Source: Phycisphaerae bacterium (GTDB lineage Bacteria > Planctomycetota > Phycisphaerae > WQYP01). Taken from it: a DNA stretch of 64,000 nt. Below are positions 36,144 through 48,773 of the stretch, in pieces. The stretch covers positions 9,454 through 73,453 of the forward strand of contig DASZTO010000096.1 in the NCBI GenBank assembly GCA_035548175.1. The letters run 5' to 3'. Each line of letters begins with the position of its first letter. Positions within the stretch are counted from its first letter, which is position 1. The notes beneath the pieces are model-generated. The model saw nothing but the letters and a program-made list of their open reading frames with translations. It did not search any database and had not been told where the DNA came from. Both the position numbers and the translations under genes were made by a program.

Positions 36144-36695
36144 ATGATGATTCACGAGATTACGGCGCAGGTGGGAGCGCACAAGAAACGCATGCGGGTG
36201 GGACGCGGGGAATCTTCCGGCCACGGCAAGACCTCCGGCCGGGGTACAAAGGGCTCGGGCGCCCGCGCGGGTGGGGAAATTCACCTGGGTTCGGAAGGCG
36301 GAAACATGCCGCTGTTCCGCCGCCTGCCGAAGCGCGGTTTCAACAACAACGCCTTCGCACAGAAATTTTCGATCATCAACGTCGGCGATCTGGAGCATCA
36401 TTTTGAGAACGGGGCGACCGTTGACGCCTCCGCTTTGATTGCCAAGGGTCTGATCCGCGATGAGAAACACCCGGTGAAGGTGCTCGGAGACGGCGAGCTG
36501 ACCAAGAAGCTCACGATCGTCGCCGGCAAGTTCACCAAGCAGGCGTCGGAGAAAATCGCCAAGGCCGGCGGCACGGTGCAGACGCTGGAACTGGATCGCA
36601 ACAAGAACAAGGTGAACCCCAGGACGGGGCGCTTCAAGAGCCAGAAGCCGGCGGAAACCAGGAAGGACGCGGGCAAGGGCGCCGCATCGAAATGA
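36144..36695 (+). CDS. rplO: 50S ribosomal protein L15 (with C-terminal extension)
   Basis: Conserved L15 (GRGESSGHGKTSGRGTKG...). Confidence 0.93.
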   Translation: MMIHEITAQVGAHKKRMRVGRGESSGHGKTSGRGTKGSGARAGGEIHLGSEGGNMPLFRRLPKRGFNNNAFAQKFSIINVGDLEHHFENGATVDASALIAKGLIRDEKHPVKVLGDGELTKKLTIVAGKFTKQASEKIAKAGGTVQTLELDRNKNKVNPRTGRFKSQKPAETRKDAGKGAASK

Positions 36696-36746
36696 TGCGG
36701 CCGGGGGGGCGGCCCTGGGGATTTTCGGGGAGCGGGAGCGTTTGGG

Positions 36747-38314
<1,568 letters not shown>

Positions 38315-38318
<4 letters not shown>

Positions 38319-38968
38319 GAATTGCCCTCCTGGGGCCGCCCGGTTCCGGCAAGGGTACGCAGGCCCAGCGGATTTGCGAGAACTTCGGTCTGACCCACCT
38401 GGCGTCGGGCGACATCCTTCGGGCGGAGAAGGCCTCCGGTTCCGCGATGGGCAAGCAGATCCGCGACTTCATCGACAACGGATTGCTCGTTCCCGACGAC
38501 CTCATGATCGAGCTCATGAAGCAGAAAATCCTCGGGCTCAAAACCGGCTTCGTCCTCGACGGTTTTCCACGCACGCTGCCCCAGGCCCAATCGCTCAACC
38601 GCATGCTGTTCGATGTCGATCGGCCCCTGATGCTCGTGCTCAACTTCGTCGTCAATCCCAAGATCCTGGCGCGGCGCTTCGAAGGGCGGCGCATCTGCCC
38701 CGTCTGCCTCTCGGTCTATCACATTGATTCCAAGCCCCCCGTCGCCCCCGGAGTCTGCGATCTCGATGGGGCCGAGCTCATCATCCGGGAAGATGACAAG
38801 CCCGAGGTCGTGCAGAAGCGCATCGCCACCTACCAGGAGACGATGGCGCCGCTCATCGCCTACTATGCGCAGCTCGGCAACTTCAAGACCGTCGACACCA
38901 GCGCAACGGTCGACGAGGTCACCTCCCTGGTGCTCGAAAAAATTCGCCGGCACTTTGAGGATGAGTAG
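38315..38968 (+). CDS. adk: Adenylate kinase
   Basis: P-loop GPPGSGKGTQ and a zinc-binding lid (CPVC...C..D). Confidence 0.95.
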
Positions 38969-39038
38969 TTTCACAAAACCTGTAGCCAGTCACTCTGTCG
39001 CCGCTTGCCGGTGATGATCACGCGGTGGAAGGGGGGTT

Positions 39039-39833
39039 TTGAGATGTGGTATGAAGATCACTTTGAAATCGAAGCGGGACCTCGAGCTCATGCGGGCCGC
39101 CGGACGGGTCGTCTATCGCGCCCTGACGCGCGCCAAAGAGATGGCCGCCCCCGGCATGACCACCCTTGAACTGGACCGTATCGTGTACGATACTTATACG
39201 TCCGCCGGCGGTCAGGGCCTGTTCAAGTGGTATCCCACCTATGAGCCGGGCAAGGGCTTTCCGGGCAACACCTGCATCAGCGTGAACGACGAAGTCGTCC
39301 ATGGCATCCCTTCGGAGCGCGTGCTCAAGGATGGCGATATCGTGAGCGTCGATTGCGGAATTCGCCTCGGCGGATTCTGCGGAGATTCCGCCGTCACGCT
39401 GCTTATCGGAAACGTCTCCCCCGAAGCCAGACGCCTCTGCCAGGTCACCCAGGAAACCCTGGCCATCGCCGTCAAGGAAATTCGCCCCGGGCGGCGCTGG
39501 TCGGATGTGGCGTCGAAGATGCAGGAGCACGTGGAATCCAACGGAATGTCCTGCGTGCGGGAATTCGTCGGCCATGGCATCGGCGCCCGCATGCACGAAG
39601 ACCCTAAGGTGCCGAATTTCGTCTCGGGCGATTTCCTCAAGCGCGGTGACTTTTACCTGCAGCCCGGAATGACCCTCGCGGTCGAGCCCATGGTGATTCT
39701 GGGGAGCGCGGATGTGGTCGTGCTCGACGACCGCTGGACCGTGGTCACCAAGGATTCGACGCCCGCGGCGCACTATGAGCACACAATAGCGGTCACGGCA
39801 ACGGGCAGTGACGTGTTGACGGACGGACGATAA
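39039..39833 (+). CDS. map: Type I methionine aminopeptidase
   Basis: Conserved MAP metal ligands pattern (D..D..H..E..E). Start may be 39051 (MKITLKS). Confidence 0.93.
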   Translation: MRCGMKITLKSKRDLELMRAAGRVVYRALTRAKEMAAPGMTTLELDRIVYDTYTSAGGQGLFKWYPTYEPGKGFPGNTCISVNDEVVHGIPSERVLKDGDIVSVDCGIRLGGFCGDSAVTLLIGNVSPEARRLCQVTQETLAIAVKEIRPGRRWSDVASKMQEHVESNGMSCVREFVGHGIGARMHEDPKVPNFVSGDFLKRGDFYLQPGMTLAVEPMVILGSADVVVLDDRWTVVTKDSTPAAHYEHTIAVTATGSDVLTDGR

Positions 39834-39892
39834 AGTGTCAAGCCCCACGCGCACCCGCGGCAGCACGCGGGAGCGGCGGGCCATACGTAAGG

Positions 39893-40120
39893 ATGAACAT
39901 GCCGAAGGCAGATGCATTAAGGGTGGAAGCGACGGTGTTGGAATCGTTGCCGAACGCCATGTTTCGCGTGAAACTGGAGAATGGCAGCAACCACGTGCTG
40001 ATCGCGCACGTCTCGGGAAAGATGCGCATGAACTTCATCCGCATTTTGCCGGGCGACCGGGTGACCGTCGAGATGAGCCCCTACGACCTGGCCCGCGGCC
40101 GGATCGTGATGCGGAACTAG
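39893..40120 (+). CDS. infA: Translation initiation factor IF-1
   Basis: S1-like OB fold ([28 protein letters not shown]...). Confidence 0.93.
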   Translation: MNMPKADALRVEATVLESLPNAMFRVKLENGSNHVLIAHVSGKMRMNFIRILPGDRVTVEMSPYDLARGRIVMRN

Positions 40121-40228
40121 ACGGAGGGGGGCGGCAGGGGGGGTGTATTGGGCGGATCGCGGCGTGTTCCCCCCGGGGGCGGGGGGGGGCGGTCGGGCGG
40201 CGGGCGGCGAAAGTTGGGGCGGCGGGCT

Positions 40229-40258
40229 TTTCATTTTGCGGAACAGTTGGTATAGTAA
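40229..40258 (+). promoter_or_regulatory. AT-rich island with promoter-like hexamers (TTCATT ...15 nt... TATAGT) upstream of rpmJ-rpsM-rpsK-rpoA-rplQ
   Basis: ttcattttgcggaacagttggtatagtaat stands out in GC-rich DNA. Preceded by G6/G7/C6-G5/G9 homopolymer hairpin tracts at 40126-40190. Confidence 0.25.
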
Positions 40259-40364
40259 TTGATTCGCCGCGGCGCACCGAGCTGCTGACGTTAAGAACAG
40301 GCCCAAACCTAATCGGTGTGCCCGGACGGCGGTATCGTCAGCAGATTGGAACAGGGAGCAAATC

Positions 40365-40481
40365 ATGAAAGTTCGGTCCTCCGTCAAGCGGATTTGTGAG
40401 CACTGCGTGATCGTGCGCCGGAACGGCGTATTGCGGGTGGTGTGCAAGGCCGATCCCCGACACAAACAGCGGCAGGGGTAA
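40365..40481 (+). CDS. rpmJ: 50S ribosomal protein L36
   Basis: [38 protein letters not shown] (38 aa, CxxC...C...H zinc ribbon). Below the ORF-track size cutoff. Confidence 0.9.
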   Translation: MKVRSSVKRICEHCVIVRRNGVLRVVCKADPRHKQRQG

Positions 40482-40497
40482 AGCCCCCGCTCCAGTT

Positions 40498-40525
40498 GTC
40501 AGTGGCCAGGGGTCAGTGGTCAGTG
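40498..40525 (+). repeat. Variant heptamer repeat (GTCAGTG-type)
   Basis: gtcagtggccaggggtcagtggtcagtg between rpmJ and rpsM. Confidence 0.6.
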
Positions 40526-40624
40526 ACGGGCGCGAACACTGGCCTGAACAGACACGTTTACAATTCTGGCTGCGTCGCTCGATGCCGAAGGCTTAGACGA
40601 TAGCGGTCGCCGCAAGGAGTCAGC

Positions 40625-41011
40625 ATGCCCCGTATCGCCGGTATCGACATCCCCCTGGATAAGCAGATTCGCATCAGTCTCCGCTACGTCTATGGCATTG
40701 GCCCCGTCAATGCCATGGCCATCCTCAAGGAGGCCAACATCGACCCCATGAAGCGGGCGCGCGAACTTAACGAAGACGAAGTCGGCCGCATCGTCGGAAT
40801 CATCGACCGCTCCTATCCCGTCGAAGGCGCCCTCCGCCGGCAGATTCAGCAGAACATTCAACGCCTCAAGGACATTCAAAGCTATCGCGGGTCCCGCCAT
40901 CGCCGCAGCCTCCCGGTCCGCGGCCAGCGCACCCGCTCCAACGCGCGCACCCGCAAGGGGCCCCGCAAAACCGTCGCCGGCAAGAAGGGCGTCAAAGAGC
41001 TGCATGGATAA
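40625..41011 (+). CDS. rpsM: 30S ribosomal protein S13
   Basis: [26 protein letters not shown]... conserved S13. Confidence 0.95.
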   Translation: MPRIAGIDIPLDKQIRISLRYVYGIGPVNAMAILKEANIDPMKRARELNEDEVGRIVGIIDRSYPVEGALRRQIQQNIQRLKDIQSYRGSRHRRSLPVRGQRTRSNARTRKGPRKTVAGKKGVKELHG

Positions 41012-41153
41012 CCGCGTCGGCAGAGGCCTGCGGCCGGCCATCAGGCTGCTCGAGAATCTGCCAACGACAACTGAAAACTATGTTGGGTGAGGACTAGCGG
41101 GGCGCGTCGCCCGGCCGAATCCGTTGGAAGCCCGTCAGATAAGGATTTGCACA

Positions 41154-41534
41154 ATGGCCAAAGCTGGCAAAAAGAAAATTCGGAAAAACGTCGTCAAAGG
41201 AATCGCCCACGTCAAGGCGTCCTTCAACAATACCCAGGTGACCATCACCGACGTCAACGGCGAGACGCTCGCCTGGGATTCCGCCGGAACCGTCGGCTTC
41301 AAGGGCGCCCGCAAGTCCACCCCCTTCGCCGCCACCCGCGCCGCGGAGCAGTGCGCCGCCAAAGCCAAGAAGTATGGCCTGCAGGAAGTCGAAGTGCGCG
41401 TCAAAGGGCCCGGCTCCGGCCGGGAGTCGGCGATCACCGCCCTCCAGAACAGCGGGCTGAAAATCACCGCCATCGAGGACAACACCCCGCTGCCCCACAA
41501 CGGCTGCCGCCCGCCCAAGAAACGGCGCGTCTAA
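41154..41534 (+). CDS. rpsK: 30S ribosomal protein S11
   Basis: Start MAKAGKKK (SD AAGGA) inside ORF 41124..41534. Conserved S11. rpsD does not follow. Confidence 0.93.
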   Translation: MAKAGKKKIRKNVVKGIAHVKASFNNTQVTITDVNGETLAWDSAGTVGFKGARKSTPFAATRAAEQCAAKAKKYGLQEVEVRVKGPGSGRESAITALQNSGLKITAIEDNTPLPHNGCRPPKKRRV

Positions 41535-41635
41535 CACCTTATCGATACACCATCACCAACCAGCAAGTTAACCGCTACCGTGATAGATGCTCTGATGAGC
41601 GATAATCCGGCGGCGATCATGTGAAAGGGAAATAT

Positions 41636-42658
41636 ATGCGTATTCGTTGGCGCGGCCTGGAATTGCCGACCCGGGTGGAACCCGATGAGCACCTGCTCTC
41701 CGATACTTTCGGTAAATTTGTCGTTGAACCTTTCGAACGCGGTTTCGGCACCACCGTCGGTAATTCGCTGCGGCGCATCCTCCTCTCCTCCCTCGAAGGC
41801 GCCGCCGCGGTGTCCGTGAAAATCGCCGGCGTTGACCATGAGTTCGCCCAGCTCGAAGGCGTGATGGAAGATGTCACCGACATCATCCTCAACATCAAGT
41901 CGCTCGTCATCTCGATGGAAGGCGATCAGCCCAAGGTGCTCTCGGTCACCAAAAAGGGGCCCGGCGTCGTGACCGGCGGCGATCTCACCGGCGATGCGTC
42001 CATCACGGTGCACAACAAGAACCAGGTCATCGCGACGCTCACCAACGAGAACGAGTTCAGCATGGAACTCGAAATCCACAAGGGCCGCGGATTCGTCACC
42101 GCCCTGGAAAACACGCCCGAAGAACAGATCATCGGCGTCATCCCCATCGACTCGGTCTACTCGCCCGTGACGCGCGTCCGCTACAAAACCGAGGACACGC
42201 GCGTCGGCCAGAAAACCAATTACGACCGCCTCATCCTCGAAATCTGGACCAACGGCACGATCACGCCCGAGATGGCCCTCGTCGAGGCCGCCAAGATTCT
42301 CCGCAAGCATCTCAATGCGTTCGTCCAGTATTTCGAGCCCGGCGAATCCATGGATGCCGAGCTGCCGGAACGCGACACCGTCGCCACGCCTCAGATGAAT
42401 GAGGAATTGCAGAACCGCCTCAACCAGCCCATCAGCACAATGGATTTGTCCGTTCGCGCCAGCAACTGCCTCGAATCCGCGAAAATCCACACCATCGGCG
42501 ACCTCGTCAAAATGACCGAGGGCGATCTCCTGAAGGTCCGCTCCTTCGGCAAGACCAGCCTTCGCGAAGTCAAACGGAAATTGCAGGATCTGGGATTGTC
42601 GCTGGGCATGACGCTCGGCGGAAACGCCGCCCCCGAACACGCACAGGCGGGCGCATAG
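41636..42658 (+). CDS. rpoA: DNA-directed RNA polymerase alpha subunit
   Basis: ATG 41636 (SD AAGGGA) inside ORF 41621..42658. N-terminal dimerisation domain plus alpha-CTD (SVRASNCLESAKIHTIGDLV). Confidence 0.95.
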   Translation: MRIRWRGLELPTRVEPDEHLLSDTFGKFVVEPFERGFGTTVGNSLRRILLSSLEGAAAVSVKIAGVDHEFAQLEGVMEDVTDIILNIKSLVISMEGDQPKVLSVTKKGPGVVTGGDLTGDASITVHNKNQVIATLTNENEFSMELEIHKGRGFVTALENTPEEQIIGVIPIDSVYSPVTRVRYKTEDTRVGQKTNYDRLILEIWTNGTITPEMALVEAAKILRKHLNAFVQYFEPGESMDAELPERDTVATPQMNEELQNRLNQPISTMDLSVRASNCLESAKIHTIGDLVKMTEGDLLKVRSFGKTSLREVKRKLQDLGLSLGMTLGGNAAPEHAQAGA

Positions 42659-42709
42659 ATAAGTTGCCACGGGTCGCTGGCCGACGGTCGTCAAAAGATC
42701 GCCGCACGC

Positions 42710-42750
42710 TCTGACTCCTGACTTCTGACTACTGACTTCTGACTACTAAC
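42710..42750 (-). repeat. Heptamer repeat in inverted orientation ((T[CA]CTGAC)x6 on the + strand; reverse complement is GTCAG[A/T]A)
   Basis: ctctgactcctgacttctgactactgacttctgactactaac between rpoA and rplQ. Same family as the forward spacers, but the mRNA copy is pyrimidine-rich. Confidence 0.7.
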
Positions 42751-42759
42751 AGGTGATTT

Positions 42760-43218
42760 ATGCGTCATAGAGTTGTTGGCCGCCGGTTGTCGGTGACGCC
42801 CTCCCATCGCAAGGCGATGCTCCGAAACCTGGCCCAGTCGCTCATCGAGCACGGCGAAATTCGCACCACCCTCCCCAAGGCCAAGGAACTCGTCCGTTTC
42901 GTCGAGCCTCTCATCACACAGGCCAGGAAAGGCACTCTGCACGCCCGGCGGCTGGTGATCTCCCGGCTTCAGGACCGCCTGATGGCCGACCCCAACGATC
43001 CGGAAATGCTCGCCGACGATACCGTCGTGCAGAAGTTGTTCAAGGAAATCGGCCCCGCCATGGCGGATCGCAACGGCGGCTACACGCGCATCGTGAAGAC
43101 CTCCGAATGGCGCATCGGCGACGCCGGCGATATCGTCATCGTCCAGCTGGTGGGCATCGCCAAGGTGCAGCCCAAGCCGCGGTCCAGGAAAAAAGAAAAG
43201 GCTCCGGCCGCGGCCTGA
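42760..43218 (+). CDS. rplQ: 50S ribosomal protein L17
   Basis: MRHRVVGRRLSVTPSHRKAMLRNLAQSLIEHGEIRTT... conserved L17 with a basic C-tail. Confidence 0.95.
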   Translation: MRHRVVGRRLSVTPSHRKAMLRNLAQSLIEHGEIRTTLPKAKELVRFVEPLITQARKGTLHARRLVISRLQDRLMADPNDPEMLADDTVVQKLFKEIGPAMADRNGGYTRIVKTSEWRIGDAGDIVIVQLVGIAKVQPKPRSRKKEKAPAAA

Positions 43219-43239
43219 GCTGAAATACCCACGCAACCC

Positions 43240-43280
43240 AGCCCGCGGCTTCGCAAGAGCCCGCGGGCTTTTGCGTTTTG
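43240..43280 (+). terminator. Rho-independent terminator after rplQ
   Basis: Stem GCCCGCGG (43241-48) / CCGCGGGC (43261-68) with an 11-nt loop, followed by TTTTGCGTTTT. Confidence 0.6.
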
Positions 43281-43322
43281 CGGGCGCGGCGTTTGCCCCC
43301 CACCTGTGCATGGAGGTGCCCT

Positions 43323-43550
43323 ATGGTGCGCAATCCGCAGGAAAAATCCCCCACGCCGCAGGTCCGCGACCAGCGCTATTGCGATCTCTGCCGCCAGCCC
43401 ATCGCGCCTGCCCGGCTCGAGGCGCTCCCCTGGACGCGCATGTGCGTCAAGTGCGCCGAAAAGAATCCGCCGCCCCCCGTTGATCCCGCAACCCTGGATA
43501 TCAGCCAGGCCAGCCCGATCAACAAGAACGGCTTTGCGCCTTCAGACTGA
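43323..43550 (+). CDS. TraR/DksA-family C4 zinc-finger protein
   Basis: CDLC-x17-CVKC motif (QRYCDLCRQPIAPARLEALPWTRMCVKCAEK). ATG 43323 inside ORF 43278..43550. Confidence 0.6.
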   Translation: MVRNPQEKSPTPQVRDQRYCDLCRQPIAPARLEALPWTRMCVKCAEKNPPPPVDPATLDISQASPINKNGFAPSD

Positions 43551-43692
43551 CCGAACCTTCCGCTTGATCCTCCATCAATCAGAGGCCGATGGCGGGGCGC
43601 CGGTTGACCGCTTTTGCCCCTTTCCCTAGCATATTCATTCCTCGGGTGCGCATGCGCGGGCGCGGGGTGTTTGACCGGGAGGAATTCGATTC

Positions 43693-44883
<1,191 letters not shown>

Positions 44884-44958
44884 TCGCCCGCGAAACAGTG
44901 CCGATCCGCCCCGTATGCGGTGTCAATCATTCTACTTTTGTGGATATTTGCATCAAAG

Positions 44959-45648
44959 ATGCCTGAAAATGTATTCAAACGTCCCCCGCATTTGCCCCTG
45001 ATCGCACCCTCGATCCTGGCGGCGGATTTCGCCAGGCTTGGAGCCGAGGCCGCTGACGCTGAAAAAAGCGGCGCCGACCTGCTCCACGTCGACATCATGG
45101 ACGGCCATTTCGTCCCCAACCTCACCATGGGGCCGGACATCGTGATGGCCTTGGCGCGCTCCTGCAACCTCATGCAGGATGTGCACCTGATGGTCCAGAA
45201 TCCCCAGGATTTCATCGAATCCTTCTGCAACGCCGGCGCGCAGAACCTCACCTTTCACATCGAAGTCTGTCCCGCCCAGAAGGCTGTCGACCTGATCAAG
45301 AAAATTCACGACCTTGGCTGCACCGCCGGCGTCAGCCTCAACCCCCAAACCGCCGTCGACGACCTCGCCGACGTCATGACGCTCGCCGACGTGATCCTCG
45401 TCATGTCCGTCCACCCCGGATTCACCGGCCAGTCCTTCATGCCCGAGGTCCTCAATAAAGTCCGCTTCCTGCGCCATGAACTCGGACCCCAGCAGCGCCT
45501 GGAAATCGACGGCGGCATCGGCATCCGCACCGCCCACCAGGCCCTCGAAGCCGGCGCCGATGTCCTCGTCGCAGGCGCTGCCGTCTTCCGTAACCCCGAT
45601 CGGCCCAGCACCATCAAGCTGCTGCGCGGCGACTATCCCAAGATGTAA
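44959..45648 (+). CDS. rpe: Ribulose-phosphate 3-epimerase
   Basis: IAPSILAADFARLG...LHVDIMDGHFVPN, VMSVHPGFTGQSF. Confidence 0.9.
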   Translation: MPENVFKRPPHLPLIAPSILAADFARLGAEAADAEKSGADLLHVDIMDGHFVPNLTMGPDIVMALARSCNLMQDVHLMVQNPQDFIESFCNAGAQNLTFHIEVCPAQKAVDLIKKIHDLGCTAGVSLNPQTAVDDLADVMTLADVILVMSVHPGFTGQSFMPEVLNKVRFLRHELGPQQRLEIDGGIGIRTAHQALEAGADVLVAGAAVFRNPDRPSTIKLLRGDYPKM

Positions 45649-45714
45649 CGGTCCCTCCGGCAGGTGCGGACCCCGGCGTGCCGTGTGTTTCAGATTCCTT
45701 TCGAAGAGAGTGCC

Positions 45715-46497
45715 ATGGAAATTCTGGCGGGAAAAAAAGCGTTTATTTTCGGCGTCCTCAACGAGTATTCCATCGGATATCACATCGCCGAATACCTCCA
45801 CAAAAACGGCTGTGTCCTCGGATTTTCCCACCTCCCGGGCGAGAAAATCGAACGACGCGTCGTCAAGGCCGTTGAAAAGTTCGCTCCAAAGTTTCTTGTC
45901 CCCTGCGATGTCAGCAAAGATGACGACATCGACGCCGCTTTCAAAAAGGCCGGCGACGAGTTCGGCTCCTTCGACATCCTCATTCACTCGCTCGCCTTTG
46001 CTCCCGCCGAAGCCCTCCACAATCCATTCCTCCAAACCACCCGCGACCAGTGGAAAACCGCCCTCGATATTTCCGCTTATTCGCTCCTCGCCATGGCCCG
46101 CGCGGCCCAGCCGGTGATGAATCCGCATGGGTCGATCATCACCATGAGCTACCTCGGCGCCGAAAAATTCATTCCCATGTATAACGTGATGGCTGTCGCC
46201 AAAGCCGCGCTCGAATGCACCGTGCGCTATCTTGCCGCCGAAATGGGCCGGCACGAAAAACACATCCGCGTCAACGCTATCTCCGCCGGCGCCATCAAAA
46301 CCATGGCCGCCCGCGGTATCGGCGACATCGACAAAATGATGGATCACTACACCGAAAAGGCTCCCCTCCCCTGGAACGCCGATGATGCCGCCGAGCATGT
46401 CGGACGCACAGCCCTCTGGCTCGCCTCCGAACTCTCCTCCGGCGTCACCGGAGAAACTGTCTACGTCGATGGCGGATACAACATCGTCGGTTGGTAA
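45715..46497 (+). CDS. fabI: Enoyl-[acyl-carrier-protein] reductase (NADH), FabI
   Basis: Conserved FabI (GVLNEYSIGYHIA, Y-x6-K: MYNVMAVAKAALE). Confidence 0.9.
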   Translation: MEILAGKKAFIFGVLNEYSIGYHIAEYLHKNGCVLGFSHLPGEKIERRVVKAVEKFAPKFLVPCDVSKDDDIDAAFKKAGDEFGSFDILIHSLAFAPAEALHNPFLQTTRDQWKTALDISAYSLLAMARAAQPVMNPHGSIITMSYLGAEKFIPMYNVMAVAKAALECTVRYLAAEMGRHEKHIRVNAISAGAIKTMAARGIGDIDKMMDHYTEKAPLPWNADDAAEHVGRTALWLASELSSGVTGETVYVDGGYNIVGW

Positions 46498-46546
46498 CCC
46501 ACCCTTCGCCGGCGTCTCGGTGAAACCTCTCTCACGGCAGGCGGCA

Positions 46547-47551
46547 ATGCACACGCGGGTCGAGCCGGCGGCAACGGGAATCCTCTTGGCGGCCGAATAC
46601 CTGCGCGCTGGAGAGCCCGTCGCCTTCCCCACAGAAACCGTCTATGGCCTCGGCGCTGATGCTCGCCGCGACAACGCCGTCCGAAAAATCTACGCCGCCA
46701 AGGGACGCCCCAGCGGCAACCCCCTCATCGTCCACATCGCTGACCCCGCCGACGCACGACCGACCGTCGGCTTCACAGCCCATTGGAGCGGCCTCGCCGA
46801 AAAACTCGCCAAACGATTCTGGCCCGGCCCCCTCACGCTTATCGTGCCCCGCGGTCCTCGCCTCTCCGAACTCGTCTCCGGCGGCCGCCACACCGTCGCA
46901 CTCCGCTGCCCCCGACACCCCGTCGCCGACGCCATCCTCCGCACCTTTGCCGGTCCCCTCGCCGCGCCCTCCGCCAACCGCTCCGGCTTCACCAGCCCCA
47001 CCACCGCCGCTCACGTGCGCGCCGAACTCGATGGCCGTATCCCACTCATCATCGACGGCGGCGCCTGCCACATCGGCCTTGAATCCACCGTCGTCGATCT
47101 CTCCGGAGCCGTGCCCACCGTCCTCCGCCCTGGCGCTGTGACCGTCGAAATGCTCCGCGACGCCATCGGCGATGTCCAGCTCGGCATGACCACCGTCCGC
47201 ACCCAGGATTCCGCCGCCAGCCCCGGACAGCATGCCCGCCATTACGCTCCCCACACGCCCGCCTATCGCTTCGCACGCGCCCAATGGGCCGCGGCGCAGA
47301 ATTTCGCGCAGCGCTTCGAACCCGTCGCGCTGCTATCCTTCGCCGATGATCTCCATCTCCCTGCCCCGCACGAAACCTTTCGTCTTTCCGCTGATCAGAC
47401 CGAGTACGCCCGCTCCCTTTACGCCGCCATGCGCGATGCCGACGCCAAAAACCTGCGCGCCATTCTGGTCCTCCTGCCGGATTCCCACGCCGGTCTCTGG
47501 GCCGCGATCGCCGATAGACTCCAACGCGCCACCGAGCCGCTGCCTCCGTAA
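46547..47551 (+). CDS. L-threonylcarbamoyladenylate synthase (Sua5/YrdC type with C-terminal Sua5 domain)
   Basis: YrdC motif (AFPTETVYGLGADA, KGRPSGNPLIVHI) plus ~130-aa C-terminal domain. Confidence 0.8.
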   Translation: MHTRVEPAATGILLAAEYLRAGEPVAFPTETVYGLGADARRDNAVRKIYAAKGRPSGNPLIVHIADPADARPTVGFTAHWSGLAEKLAKRFWPGPLTLIVPRGPRLSELVSGGRHTVALRCPRHPVADAILRTFAGPLAAPSANRSGFTSPTTAAHVRAELDGRIPLIIDGGACHIGLESTVVDLSGAVPTVLRPGAVTVEMLRDAIGDVQLGMTTVRTQDSAASPGQHARHYAPHTPAYRFARAQWAAAQNFAQRFEPVALLSFADDLHLPAPHETFRLSADQTEYARSLYAAMRDADAKNLRAILVLLPDSHAGLWAAIADRLQRATEPLPP

Positions 47552-47569
47552 AATGCCCAATCGTCTGTC

Positions 47570-48718
47570 ATGGATGATCCCATGATTCCCCAACACGGCA
47601 TCCTCGAAATTTCCCGGTCGCGCCTCGCCCACAACGTGCGCGAGATCCGCCGGCAAATCCCCCCCCACGCACAGATTTGCGCCACCATCAAGGCCGACGC
47701 TTATGGTCACAGCGTTCGACACATCGCGCCCCTTCTCTCGGAAGCCGATATCCGCTGGGCCGCCGTATTTACTTTGCAAGAAGCGCTCGATGTCGCGTCG
47801 GCGGCGAACTTCCATATTCTCATGCTCGCGCCCTTGGTCCTCGAAAGTTCCACAGACGAAGCGCTCGCCCCCCTTCTTGCAAACGCTCCCCGCATCCGTC
47901 CGACGCTGATCGATCTCGCCAGCGCGCGCCGCCTGTCCGAAATGGTCTCACATGATCGTCCCGGCTCCGTGCTCCCGGTCCACATTCAGATCGATACCGG
48001 CCTGACGCGCGGCGGCGCCGACCCAGCCGATGCCGCCGACCTCGCCGCCGCAATTCACAACCTCCCGGGTCTGCACCTGGAAGGCGTCTTCGCGCATCTC
48101 TCCCACGGCGATGTCCCACACCACGATGCCAGCTCGCAGCAACTTGCTGACTTTCACGCCCTCGCCGATCCTCTCAAGCGCCAGTGGCCCCGCTTGCTCC
48201 TCCACCTGCAGAATTCCGGCGGCGCGTGGTCGCTCAACGATCCCTCGCTCGATATGGTCCGCACGGGCATCGCGCTCTATGGCCTCCAACCTTCCACCGC
48301 CGCGCCCATCCTTCAGTTGCAGCCCATTGCCCGCGTCACCGCGCCCGTCCTCGCCGTTCACCATCGCCCCGCCGGCACCGGCGTCGGCTATGGCCATTCC
48401 TTTATCGCCGATCGCCCAAGCCATATCGCCGTCGTGCCCGTCGGCTATGCCGATGGATATCCACGCCTCGCCTCCAACCGGGGCCTTATCGCGCAGCTCA
48501 ACGGCCATGCCGCTCCGCTCGTCGGCCGCATCTCCATGGACCAGATGACTATCGACGTCACCGGCATACCCGCTGCCCTCGGCGACCAGGTCACCGTCGT
48601 GTCGTGGAACGTCGGCGACGCCAACAGCCTCGACGCCCTCGCTGATTCCATTGGCACCATCGGTTACGAACTGGCGACCCACTTTGGCCCTCGCCTGAAA
48701 CGAATTGTGGTGGAATGA
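47570..48718 (+). CDS. alr: Alanine racemase
   Basis: PLP-Lys motif (ATIKADAYGH) and the C-terminal beta domain. Start may be 47582. Confidence 0.85.
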   Translation: MDDPMIPQHGILEISRSRLAHNVREIRRQIPPHAQICATIKADAYGHSVRHIAPLLSEADIRWAAVFTLQEALDVASAANFHILMLAPLVLESSTDEALAPLLANAPRIRPTLIDLASARRLSEMVSHDRPGSVLPVHIQIDTGLTRGGADPADAADLAAAIHNLPGLHLEGVFAHLSHGDVPHHDASSQQLADFHALADPLKRQWPRLLLHLQNSGGAWSLNDPSLDMVRTGIALYGLQPSTAAPILQLQPIARVTAPVLAVHHRPAGTGVGYGHSFIADRPSHIAVVPVGYADGYPRLASNRGLIAQLNGHAAPLVGRISMDQMTIDVTGIPAALGDQVTVVSWNVGDANSLDALADSIGTIGYELATHFGPRLKRIVVE

Positions 48719-48773
48719 CGCATGCTTTCACTATGAAATATTCGCCGCCCTTTCTATAACACGGAGTCGCCTG

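Noticed and set aside
36050-36406. 118-aa ORF overlapping the rplO start in another frame
   Set aside because: Overlaps the conserved L15 gene out of frame. Low-complexity translation with no SD or start context.
40236-40275. Possible dif/Xer site in the AT-rich patch upstream of rpmJ
   Set aside because: No convincing match to the dif consensus (XerC arm, 6-bp spacer, XerD arm TTATGTTAAAT) by eye. Kept only as a caveat under the promoter-like call.
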